Origin: the human T2T-CHM13v2.0 reference genome, Homo sapiens
DNA: 64,000 nt
Direction: 5' to 3' (one strand)
Assembly (NCBI RefSeq): GCF_009914755.1
Contig: NC_060928.1
Shown here piece after piece: positions 1 to 13,449 of this stretch (its first letter is position 1; every line of letters starts with the position of its first letter). The notes beneath the pieces are model-generated. The model was not told the origin of the DNA. It worked only from the letters and a program-made list of their open reading frames with translations, and made no database searches. A program made the position numbers and the translations under genes.

Positions 1-2903
1 AAAAAATAAAAAAGAAGAAAAAAAAACAGAAGTTATTATTTCATCCATAACTAATTGAACTAAGAAATTAAACTCATGAGTGGTTCCTCAGGACATAAGC
101 TATACTATTTATTATATTAGGTATTTATTATGTTAGGTCAAGTAAGGAAAACATTTTTTATTACCACCTTGTGTCATTCACTGCTATGGATAAGATGGCC
201 ATCCTTAGGAGTCTGTTGTAAAAATTGTTAGTTATACTACCAGAAAAGGATATTATGCGTCCCATCTCTGCAAGAAGACAGTTCTCTGAGAAAGTTAGGA
301 AGTCATAGACTTGTAATGGTATAGCTTTTTATGCCACAGAAAAGTAATCCTTGCTCCTGGATTGGCATTAAAAATGAAGTGATTCTCACATTTAAAAAAA
401 AGAAAGAAAGAAATGTACAAGAGATGTTACTATTTTTATTAGAGTTCTAGGTATATTATCTCTGGGAGTTTTCACGAAAAATAGTCACTATTACAACCTA
501 AGAATATTTATTTATCCTATTCCATTGCAAATGTAAGTTTCTTTGTGTTCAAAAGGGTACCATTATAGGTAAGATTGCCTGATACACCTTGATATTCTCA
601 TTTTTTTCTATGCTTAAACATTTTGAATGAATGCAACTTTCCATTATGGGTTCATTCATTTGTCTTTTCTCTGACAAGACACAGAATTACATAAATTGCA
701 CACACTACCAATAGTTTGAGAAATCAAAATTAAAGACTTGGGGTATCATGGATTAAATGGAGAGCCTTAAACAAGGACAGAGGAAAAATATAGCTAAAAA
801 GGTAAAATGCAAATGTATACAGAGAAGATATGACGATTGTGGTTCAAAGACTCTCTTGTTCTAACTGATACTGAGAAAAAACTCTCTACCCTATGTGTAC
901 TCCAAGGATCTGAGTCTGTAGTTTACCTCTCTAACTGGAGAAACTCACTTTAATCTTCTATGGGTGTAATTTTGTAGTTCTTTTACTTTGATAATGGGTG
1001 AAGTTGTTTTAGTTGAGTAACACATATCCAAGTATGAATTCCTTGTACTTTAATTGTTTACAAAGTAATCAAGGACATCTGATAGAGTATATTTCTCCAG
1101 CAATGTCCAAAATCAGTATTTGTCTGATGTCTTCTCCAGAATACCAGATAACCTGATATAGGTTATACAGGGGACGATTTGGTGGTTGAAAGGAAGGACG
1201 CCATGATAGGACTGATGTGAATTAGTGCTTTAAAATATTTTGCTAACCAACTTGCAAAAGACTGAAAACAAGTACAGAGGGGTTTATTTTTATTTGCACG
1301 GGACAGTCAGTGAACTTGACAGGGGGTGACCTATGACTTCTTGAGAAGAAAGAATGAAAGGCTATGAAAGTGAATTATAGTATGCTGGGTCATCAGAGAT
1401 TAAGGACGTATGACAGTTTAGATAAATTTGGCTTTTACATTCCATTTGTTCTTTTCACTTTTCCCAAGATTTGTAGATGGTTTGGACACTGAGTATCTGA
1501 GTAAGAGACACAACTTTACATCATAACTATCATAGTAAAATGTATTTCTCTATCAATAGAGAAATAAGTTGAAATGTACTAGTTAGGGAAAAATGTAATA
1601 TGACAGTTTTAGCCACTGTGAGTACAGTAGCTTGTTAACAGGAGAATAATTTTAACTAGAAAATAAACATGTTGTTAGTGAATTATTGTACCCACAGAGG
1701 GAGGCTATTATTTGGTGATGTTTAAGAAGTCCCTCTGGGTGTAGTTCCAGTTTATTTTTAATCTTTACAGTATTTCCAGGATTGTGTTCATTATAGATGA
1801 AGGTGGAATTGGCATGTCTACTGCCCTTCTTGAAAATGTTTCTTTCTGGTTTTGTTTGATACTTTTACCATTTCCTCACCACTGAATTCTCATAGAAAAT
1901 TTTTGGCAAAAAGTGTAGAGATTTTCTTGTTTTCCTAGGCAAGTGTCCTGGCTTCTCAAGACCTATTCTTAGGTATCATAGAAATTATTATTTCTGAAAT
2001 TTCTTTCCAGAACCATTGGGCAAACTGTTCATCAATAATGCTATTATTAAGCCTCTCTACAGATAACATCTTTCCGATATCAGAAAGATTTTTCCTTACG
2101 AACATTTTATCACAGTGGACTCCTTATTATTTAAAGTCATCATTTGTAAAATGTTGTCATTTACCAAGGAAAGCACCAGCATTAAGATTATAATGAAATT
2201 ATACTTATGAAGCAGAATTTTGTCAGGAAGACATGGCAGCTTGATGTGAATGATCACATGACAAATAGGATAAAGGCCAGTATAATTGGTCAAAAGTGTA
2301 TAATTGTGAACCGTGTCTTGATTTCCATTACAAAATAGTCTCTGAAGTGGCCATATGATCAATGAGCTATATGACCCTAAAACACAAGCTTTACAGGGTA
2401 ATATTCCTTAGTAATTTGACAGAACAAAGGTGACCTCAATGTTTGTTGAGGTACCCAAGGCACAGTATGATTAATTGACTTTTCACAAAATGGTTATTAC
2501 TCTAAATTTTCTACAACCATCAATCTTGGGGGTTACATTCAACTGGAGATTGATTGGCCTTCCTTTTCTATGTGTTCCATTTGAAGCTTATCTTTATGCA
2601 ATTAAATGGCTTCAAATTATCAAGATAACATAAAAACATCTGAGATAATAATATCTACAATTAGATAAATAGAAAACAAGGGAAATAAAACACACTTGGC
2701 ATGAGAATGTATCAAATGGTCCACCTCAAAAACAAAACATTCAGTTAACTCATCGAAAATAAATTAGCACAGAAAATTGTTGAGACAGATTCACCTAGCA
2801 GCAGATAAAGAAGATGGTTGTAGTTTGAGCACAAGGGTTTAAGTTAGTGTGCCTGTTTCTCTGAGTATCCTATGGAATGACAGTAATAAAAAGAAAAAAT
2901 CTA

Positions 2904-3190
<287 letters not shown>

Positions 3191-3399
3191 CTATATTACT
3201 GAAAGCTAAATTCGTTGAAGAATAATATCACAACTCAATATTTGAGACAAAAAGCTGAATTTTTTTTATTGCTATGCAAAGGAAAGAAGACCTTGTAAGG
3301 CACACTGCCTGAGCAAAGCATAGAGAAGATCTCAAATAAAGATTTGAGAAATGTGTTCCTTATCTATGCTTCCTCACCCAACAGCTCACAGGATAATGA

Positions 3400-4512
<1,113 letters not shown>

Positions 4513-4539
4513 AGGTTAAAAAAGACAACAATATCCACT

Positions 4540-5200
4540 TAAAGCCATTAAAGTAGCAGCATTTATTGAGATAGCTCGTTGTTCACATTATTGGTATAGA
4601 AACACAGTAGCTTTCCTATATGCAGAAGTTAATTCTTAAAATAAAAATTGGACAACTTGTCCATTTATAGCATTAAAAAGATTAATAATAATATTAACAA
4701 ATATATACATTGAATATACTATAGAAATGACACTTTAAACTCTACAGAGATGTAAATGAAGTAAAAAAAAAATGGAAGGTACCAACATGCTGTTACCTAT
4801 ACAAAGACATAATCTTCAAATATATTTATTTTATTTCAATTAAATTGCATATTTAAAGCTATCCCAATATAAATCCTGACAATATTATTTTTAGGACTAG
4901 AAATAAACCACCAAAGTTTCACCACACAGAGACATTAAACAGGTAAGAAATTACAGCAAAAGCAAAATAGCTATGTCTAACTAAGTTATCTTAATACGTT
5001 CTAAAGATAAAGTGATGTAAATCATCACCATTTTGTTTAGGAAGGATGGGTCAGTAAAGTACAGAAAGAAGTCTTTAAATAGACTAAAATACATGGATGA
5101 ATTTATTGCAATAATGTTGTTCAGATTTCATGTTATGAAAGAAAATGAAATTATTTAATAAATAAAGGACAGCCAAATCTTATTGCGATTTGCAAAGATA
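4540..5200 (+). mobile_element. Old L1 (L1M) ORF2 fragment
   Basis: A-rich strand bias and L1-like phrases (CAGTAGCTTTCCTATATGCAG, ATCCCAATATAAATCCTGACAA). Very diverged. Confidence 0.4.
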
Positions 5201-6229
5201 TAACAAATCACAACCTTAATTAAAACATCAAAGTATTTTCTAAGTGACTCAAAGGTATGAATTTTAATGTTATACTACAATGATACTCTAAAAAACCATG
5301 ATACTAAAAATAATACAAGATTCTACAAACATTCCTTAAAGTGTTACTTTTCAAGATGTTTGTTCCAAGACAGTCCTTCAAGTCATGCAATAAACATTGA
5401 AAGAATCATGATAATGCTATAAAATACTTTTTGAAATATTAATAATACATTCATACCCATAAAACTATTAGAAATAATTTTTTTAAAAAAATTAGAACAT
5501 GTAGAGGAAAAAATAGTTTAAAAACTCCCATGAGGAGACAGCCTTCAGAAATAAAAGTACATATGATCAATTATGTTAATTTTCTTCATATTGAAATAAA
5601 TGTAAGTGTTAAAAAGCAATATTATTTTAAAATAAAGGCAACCAGAAAAGAAATAGAAACACAAATTTATTCGCCCATGGAACTAGAGGACATAGTTCTA
5701 ATAGGAATGAATGTCAAAAAGATATGTCGGATCATCTGAATAGAATACACTGTGGCTGTAAATATCGGAAAGCCTGAAAAAATCCAGCTTTCTTTCATAA
5801 GCAGCATAGCCAGAGGTGTAAGGCTAATTGTGTGTTTCGTCTTATTTTTGTCTTTGCAACAGGAGAGTAGTCCACAGCTTTAAAAGGTCCCAATACTCCA
5901 TTGTTTCCAAAGAGAAAGAGAAATTAAGATGGTTTTAAGGGTCAGGCGTGAAAGATATAATTTCAGGAAAAGGTCTGTATGTGATGTTTAAAGCGAAGAA
6001 ATAATTTGCATTGTAAACAAAACAAAAGCTGCCAATCTAAGTTTATTAGATTCACGTAAAGGCTTAGTAAAGACCGTGTTCGCATACAATGTTTTCTCTT
6101 GGGAAGTGCATGTATTTGCTTGGATTAACCTCTCCAAAACATTACACAGTTGCTACTTACTGTTCCGGTAAAAACTCAAACCAGTCAACTATGTATAATT
6201 ATTATTATTAATAATAATAATGGCAGTTT

Positions 6230-7330
6230 TGTTTCAGCTCGGGAATTTAGATGACTGGAAAGAGCATCATTTGCTCCCTTATAATAAAATTGCTGGACAA
6301 ATTACATATAAATGACATTTTCTGAAACATTCAGAGAATGAAGAATATAGAGCAATCATCTTCAAAAACAGAGAGCGACATGCCTGAGCAGAGAGAAACA
6401 GGAGCAAACATTTGCTTACCTTGGACAGACACTACTGAACACCATCTACTGCAATGAAAGATTCAGCTAGAAATGTTTAACAGATTTGTAAAGGTGGAGA
6501 TTTGGCTGACATAAAAGGGTAAAACTTCTGAGATCCATAAGACAGACTATATCCTCTCACAGACTTTTCCTCCAGGAACTGTAGAAGTTGCTCACAGGGA
6601 AGGTTGGAAAACATCTTGAGAAAGGTTCCTTCAAGTGCTGCTGGAGGAGAATTGTCACCACGATCAAAACTCTACACCAATGCAACATTCCTAAGGAACA
6701 AAAGACTTTATACGTGAAGATTATCAAAACCTGGAGCCTGAGGAACATGGTGGAAAATCACTGAAGCTGGAGAAAAGAAATGTCGACCACCACCAACAAT
6801 GCCACGCAGAGCCATCTTCTCTATCTCATCTAAGCAACAAAAGGCCTTAACCTACCTGGGGAAAGGAGTCAAAACAATAGCATAGAGAGAGGAACAGTAA
6901 ATAAACAAACACATAAAAATAGACATATATTTCTACATGTGGGGAGAGGTTAGGCTGAGCGTTACATATGGAGAAGGGGCAGGAAGACTCCTGAAGGCTG
7001 CAGCACTGAGACCCTGGTACACCGGAATCTAAGATGAGACTGAATCGGCACATCCAACTACATCCTGCTCACCCAACCCCATCACCACATTACCAAGTCC
7101 GGTAAAAATGACAGCTGAATGTTTATTTGCTGAGAGATCTACCATATAACTCTGGGGGAGCAAAGGAAGACCCAAGAACAAGTAGGGAGAGAAACACAAG
7201 TTATTATTAAAAGAATTTGAAAAACGTGATGCCAAAAGGGTAGACCAAAAGCAATAGAACTCAAAACGAGCGCGCTTTCTATTTTAACACAAGACTACAC
7301 ACTAAATGCCCAGCAGAAGGCAATTAGAAG
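6230..7330 (+). mobile_element. Old L1M 5' region fragment
   Basis: Purine-rich stretch resembling L1M 5'UTR/ORF1-proximal sequence (AAAATTGCTGGACAAATTAC; ACCTGGAGCCTGAGG). Recognition is by recall only. Confidence 0.4.
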
Positions 7331-7810
7331 AAATCAGTAATCTATTGTCTAAGCCTGCTTGAACTGGATTTTCAGTTATTTACTTCTGAATGTGTGCTTA
7401 CTGATACCCTGAATCTATACCAACTTTAGTATTAAGATCAAGATCTTGCCCACCAACACGCAGGTAACTGGATCCTGCTGTTGCTTCATTTCAAAGTTCT
7501 GCTACTCTGTGCTAAGTTAGATTCATGTGTTCACAAAAAATCTCTTCAAATTATTTTCCAGAGTTGTTTCATTGTCTAATGAGATAAAATATAAATACAT
7601 TTGTCTTTCCCAAATCTAGTTTCAGCTGTACATGTATATTAGAGATTGTCATGTAACTAAAATACTTCCATAATTTCTAACACTAAATTAGTTTTTTCCT
7701 TTTTTATAGGTTTTCATCATTTTAATAAGTACTTGGAAGATAAGAAGGACTAAAATGAGTCCCTTAGTCATAGTTAAGAAACAGAAATTGGAACAGGGTG
7801 CACTTGCTTG

Positions 7811-7886
7811 AGCTACTCAGGAGGCTGAGATGGGAGGATGGCTTGAGCACAGGAGTTTGAGGCTTCAGTGAGCTATGATCCTGCCA
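7811..7886 (+). mobile_element. Alu right-arm/FRAM fragment
   Basis: AGCTACTCAGGAGGCTGAGATGGGAGGATGGCTTGAGCACAGGAGTTTGAGGCTTCAGTGAGCTATGATC. Confidence 0.85.
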
Positions 7887-8889
7887 GAAGTCCAGAATAG
7901 CATTCTGCTAAAAATTTACAGTGCTCGTTAAAAAAATTTGTTGCTTATTTCTTCTCTCTGCATGGTTAAGTGATATTTTCAGACACAAACTTTAGAGCAG
8001 GCTTTCAGGTAAGTTACAAACTGTAGCTATCCTCAGTCAGTGATCTTTTATTCATGCTTTTTTTACGCTTGATTATGCTTCAGTTTCCTTTTTTATATTT
8101 GGTATAGTTACTCAGTCTAGTTATCGTAGACTTTTAATGATTCTCATTTCAAGTGTTTCCATTGAGTCTTAAAAATTATGCAATAGTATTTTCTCCCCTA
8201 TTCTTGATCTTCTCTTCCAGTGGTGTTAGAAGAGTTCACTCAAGGTCTTCTCTTGTAACGTGAAAAGATGAATTTCATCCCAAACTCTGCTGATTTCTGC
8301 CATCTTAGCTGGGCTAATACTTGGGTTTCTGGAATTAACTTCTGTAGCTATAAAACATTAAGTAAGGTTTCAGATCTCATTCTCTTTCCTGCCTTTAATA
8401 TCAACTCTCACCTACAAGATTGAATTCTTTTCTCTTTACTTTAGAAAATATACCTATTTCTGAAGGTAGTTTTTTCCTACAGTTTAATCCCATCTATACG
8501 ATATTTTGATGGCTTTCTTGAGAGTTTATTCATATGGATAAAATGTAACTTTCTAGTTTTTCTGATATGCTGTTTTTCCTAGTTTTAATATTTTATTGAC
8601 CAAAGGAGACCCAGAAAATTGAGCAATGCTCATTTATTATTATTCATTCAAATTATCAATTCCTTTGTATTTGAAGAAAACTACTGTATAGTAATTATTT
8701 GTCTCTTTTCCTTTATTATGTACACACAAAGCGTTGCTAATATTTGTTAATTCACATATTAGCTGCAAAGGATTTCTTAATGGGTATTTCTGGCTAAGTT
8801 GAGAGAGATTCTAGGATTACTAAAATTGTATGAAAATTATTACCTGGTAGGAGTGTGTGAGAAAAGGCTTATTCCATTCAACATAGATA

Positions 8890-9720
8890 ATAGTCATATA
8901 AAATTAAATGTATAAATTTTGATTTTTAGTGTTAAGTATTCGGGTTTCATTTTTAAATTGACAATTTTGACAATTATAGGCACCCACTCAATACAAGCTA
9001 AAAAATATTTCTGTCACCCTCGAAAGTTCCCTTGCATTCCTTTTCAGTCGATACTCCTCTCACCCCAATGGAAACTGCTTTCTGATTTCTATCACTATAG
9101 ATTAGCTTCATATTTTTATAAAATGTTTATAATTTGAATCATACAAAAGAGACATTTGATATCTTTTTTAACATAATATTTCTAAGATTCATCAATGTCA
9201 TCACGTGGGTAAATGAATTATTTCTGTACAATCAATGTAAATCCCATGAAATAGTATATGGGAACACTGCACTCTTCCTTTGAGTCTCATTTTTAAGGAT
9301 TTACAACATTATGTTCACGCATTCTCCAGTTAATGGACATTGGGTTTTTTCATGACTGATTATTTTCAATAAAGCTACCATTAATATTTTTCACATGCTT
9401 GTTGGCATATATTTTCATTTTTCTTGAGTAAACTCACAGATAGGTCATGGAGTCATAGGACAGATTTTTTAAGTTTTTAAGAAATTACAAAAGAGTTCCT
9501 CAATTTGGTCGTACGGTTTTGTTTTCTGATCAGCAATCTATTTTCAGTTGCTCCATGTCCTTAGCTACATTTGGTATTTTCTGTGTTTTGATGCTATCCA
9601 TTATAATGGATGAATAATAAGATCTCATTATTTTAATTTGCTCTTCCTGATGACTGATAACATTATGTATTTCATTGGTAAAGCATTTATTAAGATTTCC
9701 ATATTTCAGGTCATTTCAAT
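8890..9720 (-). mobile_element. L1ME-type 3' fragment
   Basis: Antisense L1 3' end phrases: TCACCCTCGAAAGTTCCCTTGCATTCC, CTAAGATTCATCAATGTC, TTCAGTTGCTCCATGTCCTT. Confidence 0.7.
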
Positions 9721-9729
9721 TTATTTCAA

Positions 9730-9938
9730 CAAGTGCATGGACACTCTTGACATTTTGTGCCAAATAATTATTTTGGTTGGTGGGGGGGATTTCCTAGGCA
9801 TTGTGGAATGTTTAGAGAATTCCTCTTCTCTACTCAGTAGATGCCGGTATCACTTCTCCCCAGTTGTGAACCAAAAATGTCTGCAGACATTGCTAAATGT
9901 CCTATGGGGGAAAAAGTCACCTTTGATTGAGAAGCAGG
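9730..9938. mobile_element. MER20 (hAT-Charlie DNA transposon)
   Basis: TTGACATTTTGTGCCAAATAATT ... CCCAGTTGTGAACCAAAAATGTCTGCAGACATTGCTAAATGTCC ... TTGAGAAGCAG. Confidence 0.85.
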
Positions 9939-10354
9939 CCATTATTTTCTTGAGTTTTGCAAAATTTAATAATAATTTAGTTGTCACAAATTACATTATT
10001 TCTGGAATGTCTAGCATAGGTATGAATATTAGTCAGCAATAAAAAGAACTTGTGACAGAACTCCAACTAGGATAACAACTTTAGACTATATAGACTCAGC
10101 GATAATGTAGATCTTAAAATATAAGATATTCTATGTGTTGGCAATATCCTTAGTGCTCCGTTGTGAGTAAAGTGCTTCCTACAGCTTTACTTTTCAATAG
10201 GCCCACCAACAATAACACAAATTTACTAAAAACTCATACTATAGCAAAAGTCCTTGTGATTACTATAATAGTGTGCACTAAGCAAACTGTGATATATTAA
10301 AGATGTCCACATATTCTTTTGTTAAAAAAATAGGAGTTAACCAATATGTACTCA

Positions 10355-10706
10355 TCTTAGTCAGTTTGGCCTGCTATAACAAATTACCACAGACTGGGGG
10401 CTTAAAGACCCAACATTTATTTCTCACTGTCCTGGTGGCTGAAAGTCTGAGGCTACATTGCCAGTATGGTCAGGTTCTAGTGGGGGCCTGCTTCCTGGTT
10501 TGCAAATGGCCAGCTTCACCATGTAACCTCACATGGCAGAAACAGAGTGAGCTAGCTCTCTGTGGTCCCTTTAGTGAGGGCACTAATTCCATTCATGAGG
10601 GCGAAGCCTAATTACTTCCTAAGACACCACCTCCTAATACCTTCCGATTGAAAGTTAAGATTTCAACATATGAATCTGGGGATGGACACTAACATTCGGT
10701 CCATAA
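10355..10706 (-). mobile_element. MLT1A-like MaLR solo LTR
   Basis: TCTTAGTCAGTTTGGCCTGCTATAACAAATTACCACAGACTGG ... CACTAATTCCATTCATGAGGG ... TTTCAACATATGAAT. Confidence 0.85.
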
Positions 10707-11909
10707 AAGTTCCTGAAGATTTTCTATGCTAATAAAATATATTAGTCATATATGTATAGAAAATATGCCACTAATTTACAGTTAATACTTAAGTAATTAT
10801 TATTTTACATATTAACTTTGAAAATTTGAAACATAATAGAATAAATCATAAAATTCAGTTTCTAATGATAGGCAGGGTTATTTAAAATCAACTAACCTTT
10901 TGATATTAATATCTTAAATTCCTGAATTAATTCCTAAAAAGTTATATTTAAGGATAGTGGCTAATAGGAACATACATTAAGTAAATTTTTCAGGCAAATT
11001 TTATTTCAGTGATAATAATATTTTTAAACTCTCTTGTAAAATATATTATAAATTAATACAAATTTTCTCTCAAATATACATATATGCATATTAGATGTAT
11101 ATTCTTTTCCGTCCTGATGGCCACACCATAGTAAAAGCTTACATCATTATATCACTAAGCTATCAGTAGCAAATATATTTTTGGTTCACAGGAACCCTAA
11201 ATTTGACATCTAAATGTTGATACTGATATAAAAATTTAATAATAAAATTAGAGGTTATAAATCATGTAATCTCTGGCATATCAAATATTAAATACATCCA
11301 TTCTCTATAGTTTTGACAAACATTGGTTTTTCACTTTGGTTCATTCAATTTCGGGAAGCTGTCCATCATATAATTTAATTACCAGTCAGTTCTTATTGTC
11401 AAACAAATCAGCCAAATTTATATTCTGGCACAAAAAGCCCAACTTTATTAACTGATCTAAATAAGTATGCCCATAAATACAGTCTCATTCTAAATTATAA
11501 TCCAAAGATGAGAAAGATAAATAGATAGATAAAACAATCATCTTCAGTATTCCTCAAAGAAACTAGCTTTGCTCTGCTACTGTGAGGTGTGCTTTCTTGA
11601 CATTTATTACTTTCAATCACCAGTGGTATTTTATCCCGTGTCAGTGCTCCATATTAATATTTGTGAATGGTAACTGACATGTATCTATTTTATAAAGTGG
11701 GGCAAAGGCTTTAAAAAAATGAAAGATGAAAAGAAGAAGGAACACATCACAGACTCTATTTTCAGAGAAATCATTATTAAGAGAGTGTAAACCAGGCAGT
11801 TCAGGATCTGGAGAATTATGTTCTTAAGACCTTATATTCCCTCTTACTAACTGTAAGCATATCTGGTTTTTAGAATACTATACTAGATCACTGCGATCGT
11901 GCTGATGAC

Positions 11910-12390
11910 TGTGATGGTAACTGTATATATCAACTTGGGTGGGCCACAGTGCCGAGATATGTGCTCAAACATTATTCTGGATGTTTCTCTGAGGACATTT
12001 TTTGATGAGATTAACATTTAAATCTGTGGCCCTTAAGTAAGGCACATTACCCTCTATTTTGTGAGTGGGCCTCATCCAATAAGCTGAAGGTCTGATTATA
12101 ACAAAAAACTGACTTTCCATTTGCAAGAGGGAATTCCTCCTACCTTACTGCCGTCAAACCTGAATTTAAAAATTGGTTATCCTAGTTGATTTAGCCTCAG
12201 AAACACCCTGCAAATTTTGGACTTTCCAGCCTCCATAATCTTGTGAGACAATTCCTTAATATACGTATACATATACACACATATATATGTGTGTGTGTGT
12301 GTATGTGTATCTATGTATGTATATATGTATATACACGCACACACAAACACATCTTATTTGTTCTGTTTCCCTGGAGAACCCTGATGTATA
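11910..12390 (+). mobile_element. MLT2 (ERVL) solo LTR
   Basis: TGTGATGGTAACTGTATATATCAACTTGG start; GGGCCTCATCCAAT; TTCTGTTTCCCTGGAGAACCCTGA end. Confidence 0.85.
12258..12352. repeat. Compound (TA)/(CA)/(TG) microsatellite inside the MLT2 LTR
   Basis: ATACGTATACATATACACACATATATATGTGTGTGTGTGTGTATG...ACACGCACACAC read directly. Confidence 0.9.
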
Positions 12391-12658
12391 AGGACCATGG
12401 CCTTTTCTTTTCCCTTTAAAATAAATTTTCTACAAGAACTGGAGTTCACAATTTCAACTGTAAAGCTAAAATTTATCACTTCCCAGTTTAAATTGTATTA
12501 ATGAATAATAATCATTTATGCTAATTTTTAACAGATTCTTCCTTAATTACAACATCTTATAGTTTTCTTACACTATTCATTGTCTGAATTATCACTCTTT
12601 TGCAATGCAACATATGGTGTACTATCATTTATCTTTGATAATCTGCATGGACACTATT

Positions 12659-13147
12659 TGTTGGGAGCAAACCCCTCCAAATCCAACCATAAACTGGCCC
12701 CAAGACTGACCATAAACAAAATCTCTGCAGCACTGTAACATGCCTATAATGTCCCTAATGCCCAAGCTGGAAGGTTATGGGTTTATGGGAATGAGGGCAA
12801 GGAACTCCTGGCCCGCCCAGGGTGGAAAGCTGTTTAAAGGCATTCTTAAGCCACAAACAAAAGCATGAGAGATCTGTGTCTTAAGGGCGTGTTCCTGCTG
12901 CAATTAATTCAGCTCATCCCTTCGTTTCCCATAAGGGATACTTTTAGTTAATTTAACATCTATAGAAACAATGCTAATGACTGGTTTGCTGTTAATAAAT
13001 ATGTGGGTAAATCTCTGTTCGGGGATCTCAGCTCTGAAGGCTGAGACCCCTGATTTCCCACTTCACACCTCTATATTTCTGTGTGTGTGTCTTTAATTCC
13101 TCTAGCACCACTGGATTAGGGTCTCCCCAGCTGAGTTGGTCTCGGCA
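12659..13147 (+). mobile_element. MER9a solo LTR (HERV-K HML-3)
   Basis: TGTTGGGAGCAAACCCCTCCAAATC..CATAAACTGGCCCCAA..AAATCTCTGCAGCACTGT ... GGTCTCGGCA. TG..CA ends, TSD CTATT/CTATT, AATAAA at ~12994. Confidence 0.9.
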
Positions 13148-13449
13148 CTATTAGATTGTAAATTGCTTGCAATCACTATGAAAATATTTATTTACTTTAG
13201 TGGACGAAGCAAAATTTTAAACTAAAATTCTCTTGTCCCCAATTTCATAGAAGTTACTAAAAAATATTTTCTGCAAGCTCCACCCATTTTTCTTCTATAT
13301 ATTATGGACTGAAGTATAACACTCTCATGCAACTATATATTTCATTTTTTTAGTATAAAAAGGGGAAATTTATATTATTTCAGATAGTGTTTTATGTATA
13401 TTAAAATAAATATAAAATTCTGTATTATCACCTACTCCATTTATTGAAA

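Noticed and set aside
1700-2400. Possible ancient retroelement internal fragment (KPGH on the minus strand ~1940)
   Set aside because: There are no flanking cysteines or further motifs, so it cannot be supported by eye.
5750-6190. Possible LTR fragment or exon after TTTTTGTCTTTGCAACAG
   Set aside because: No clear termini, TSD, matching donor or ORF.
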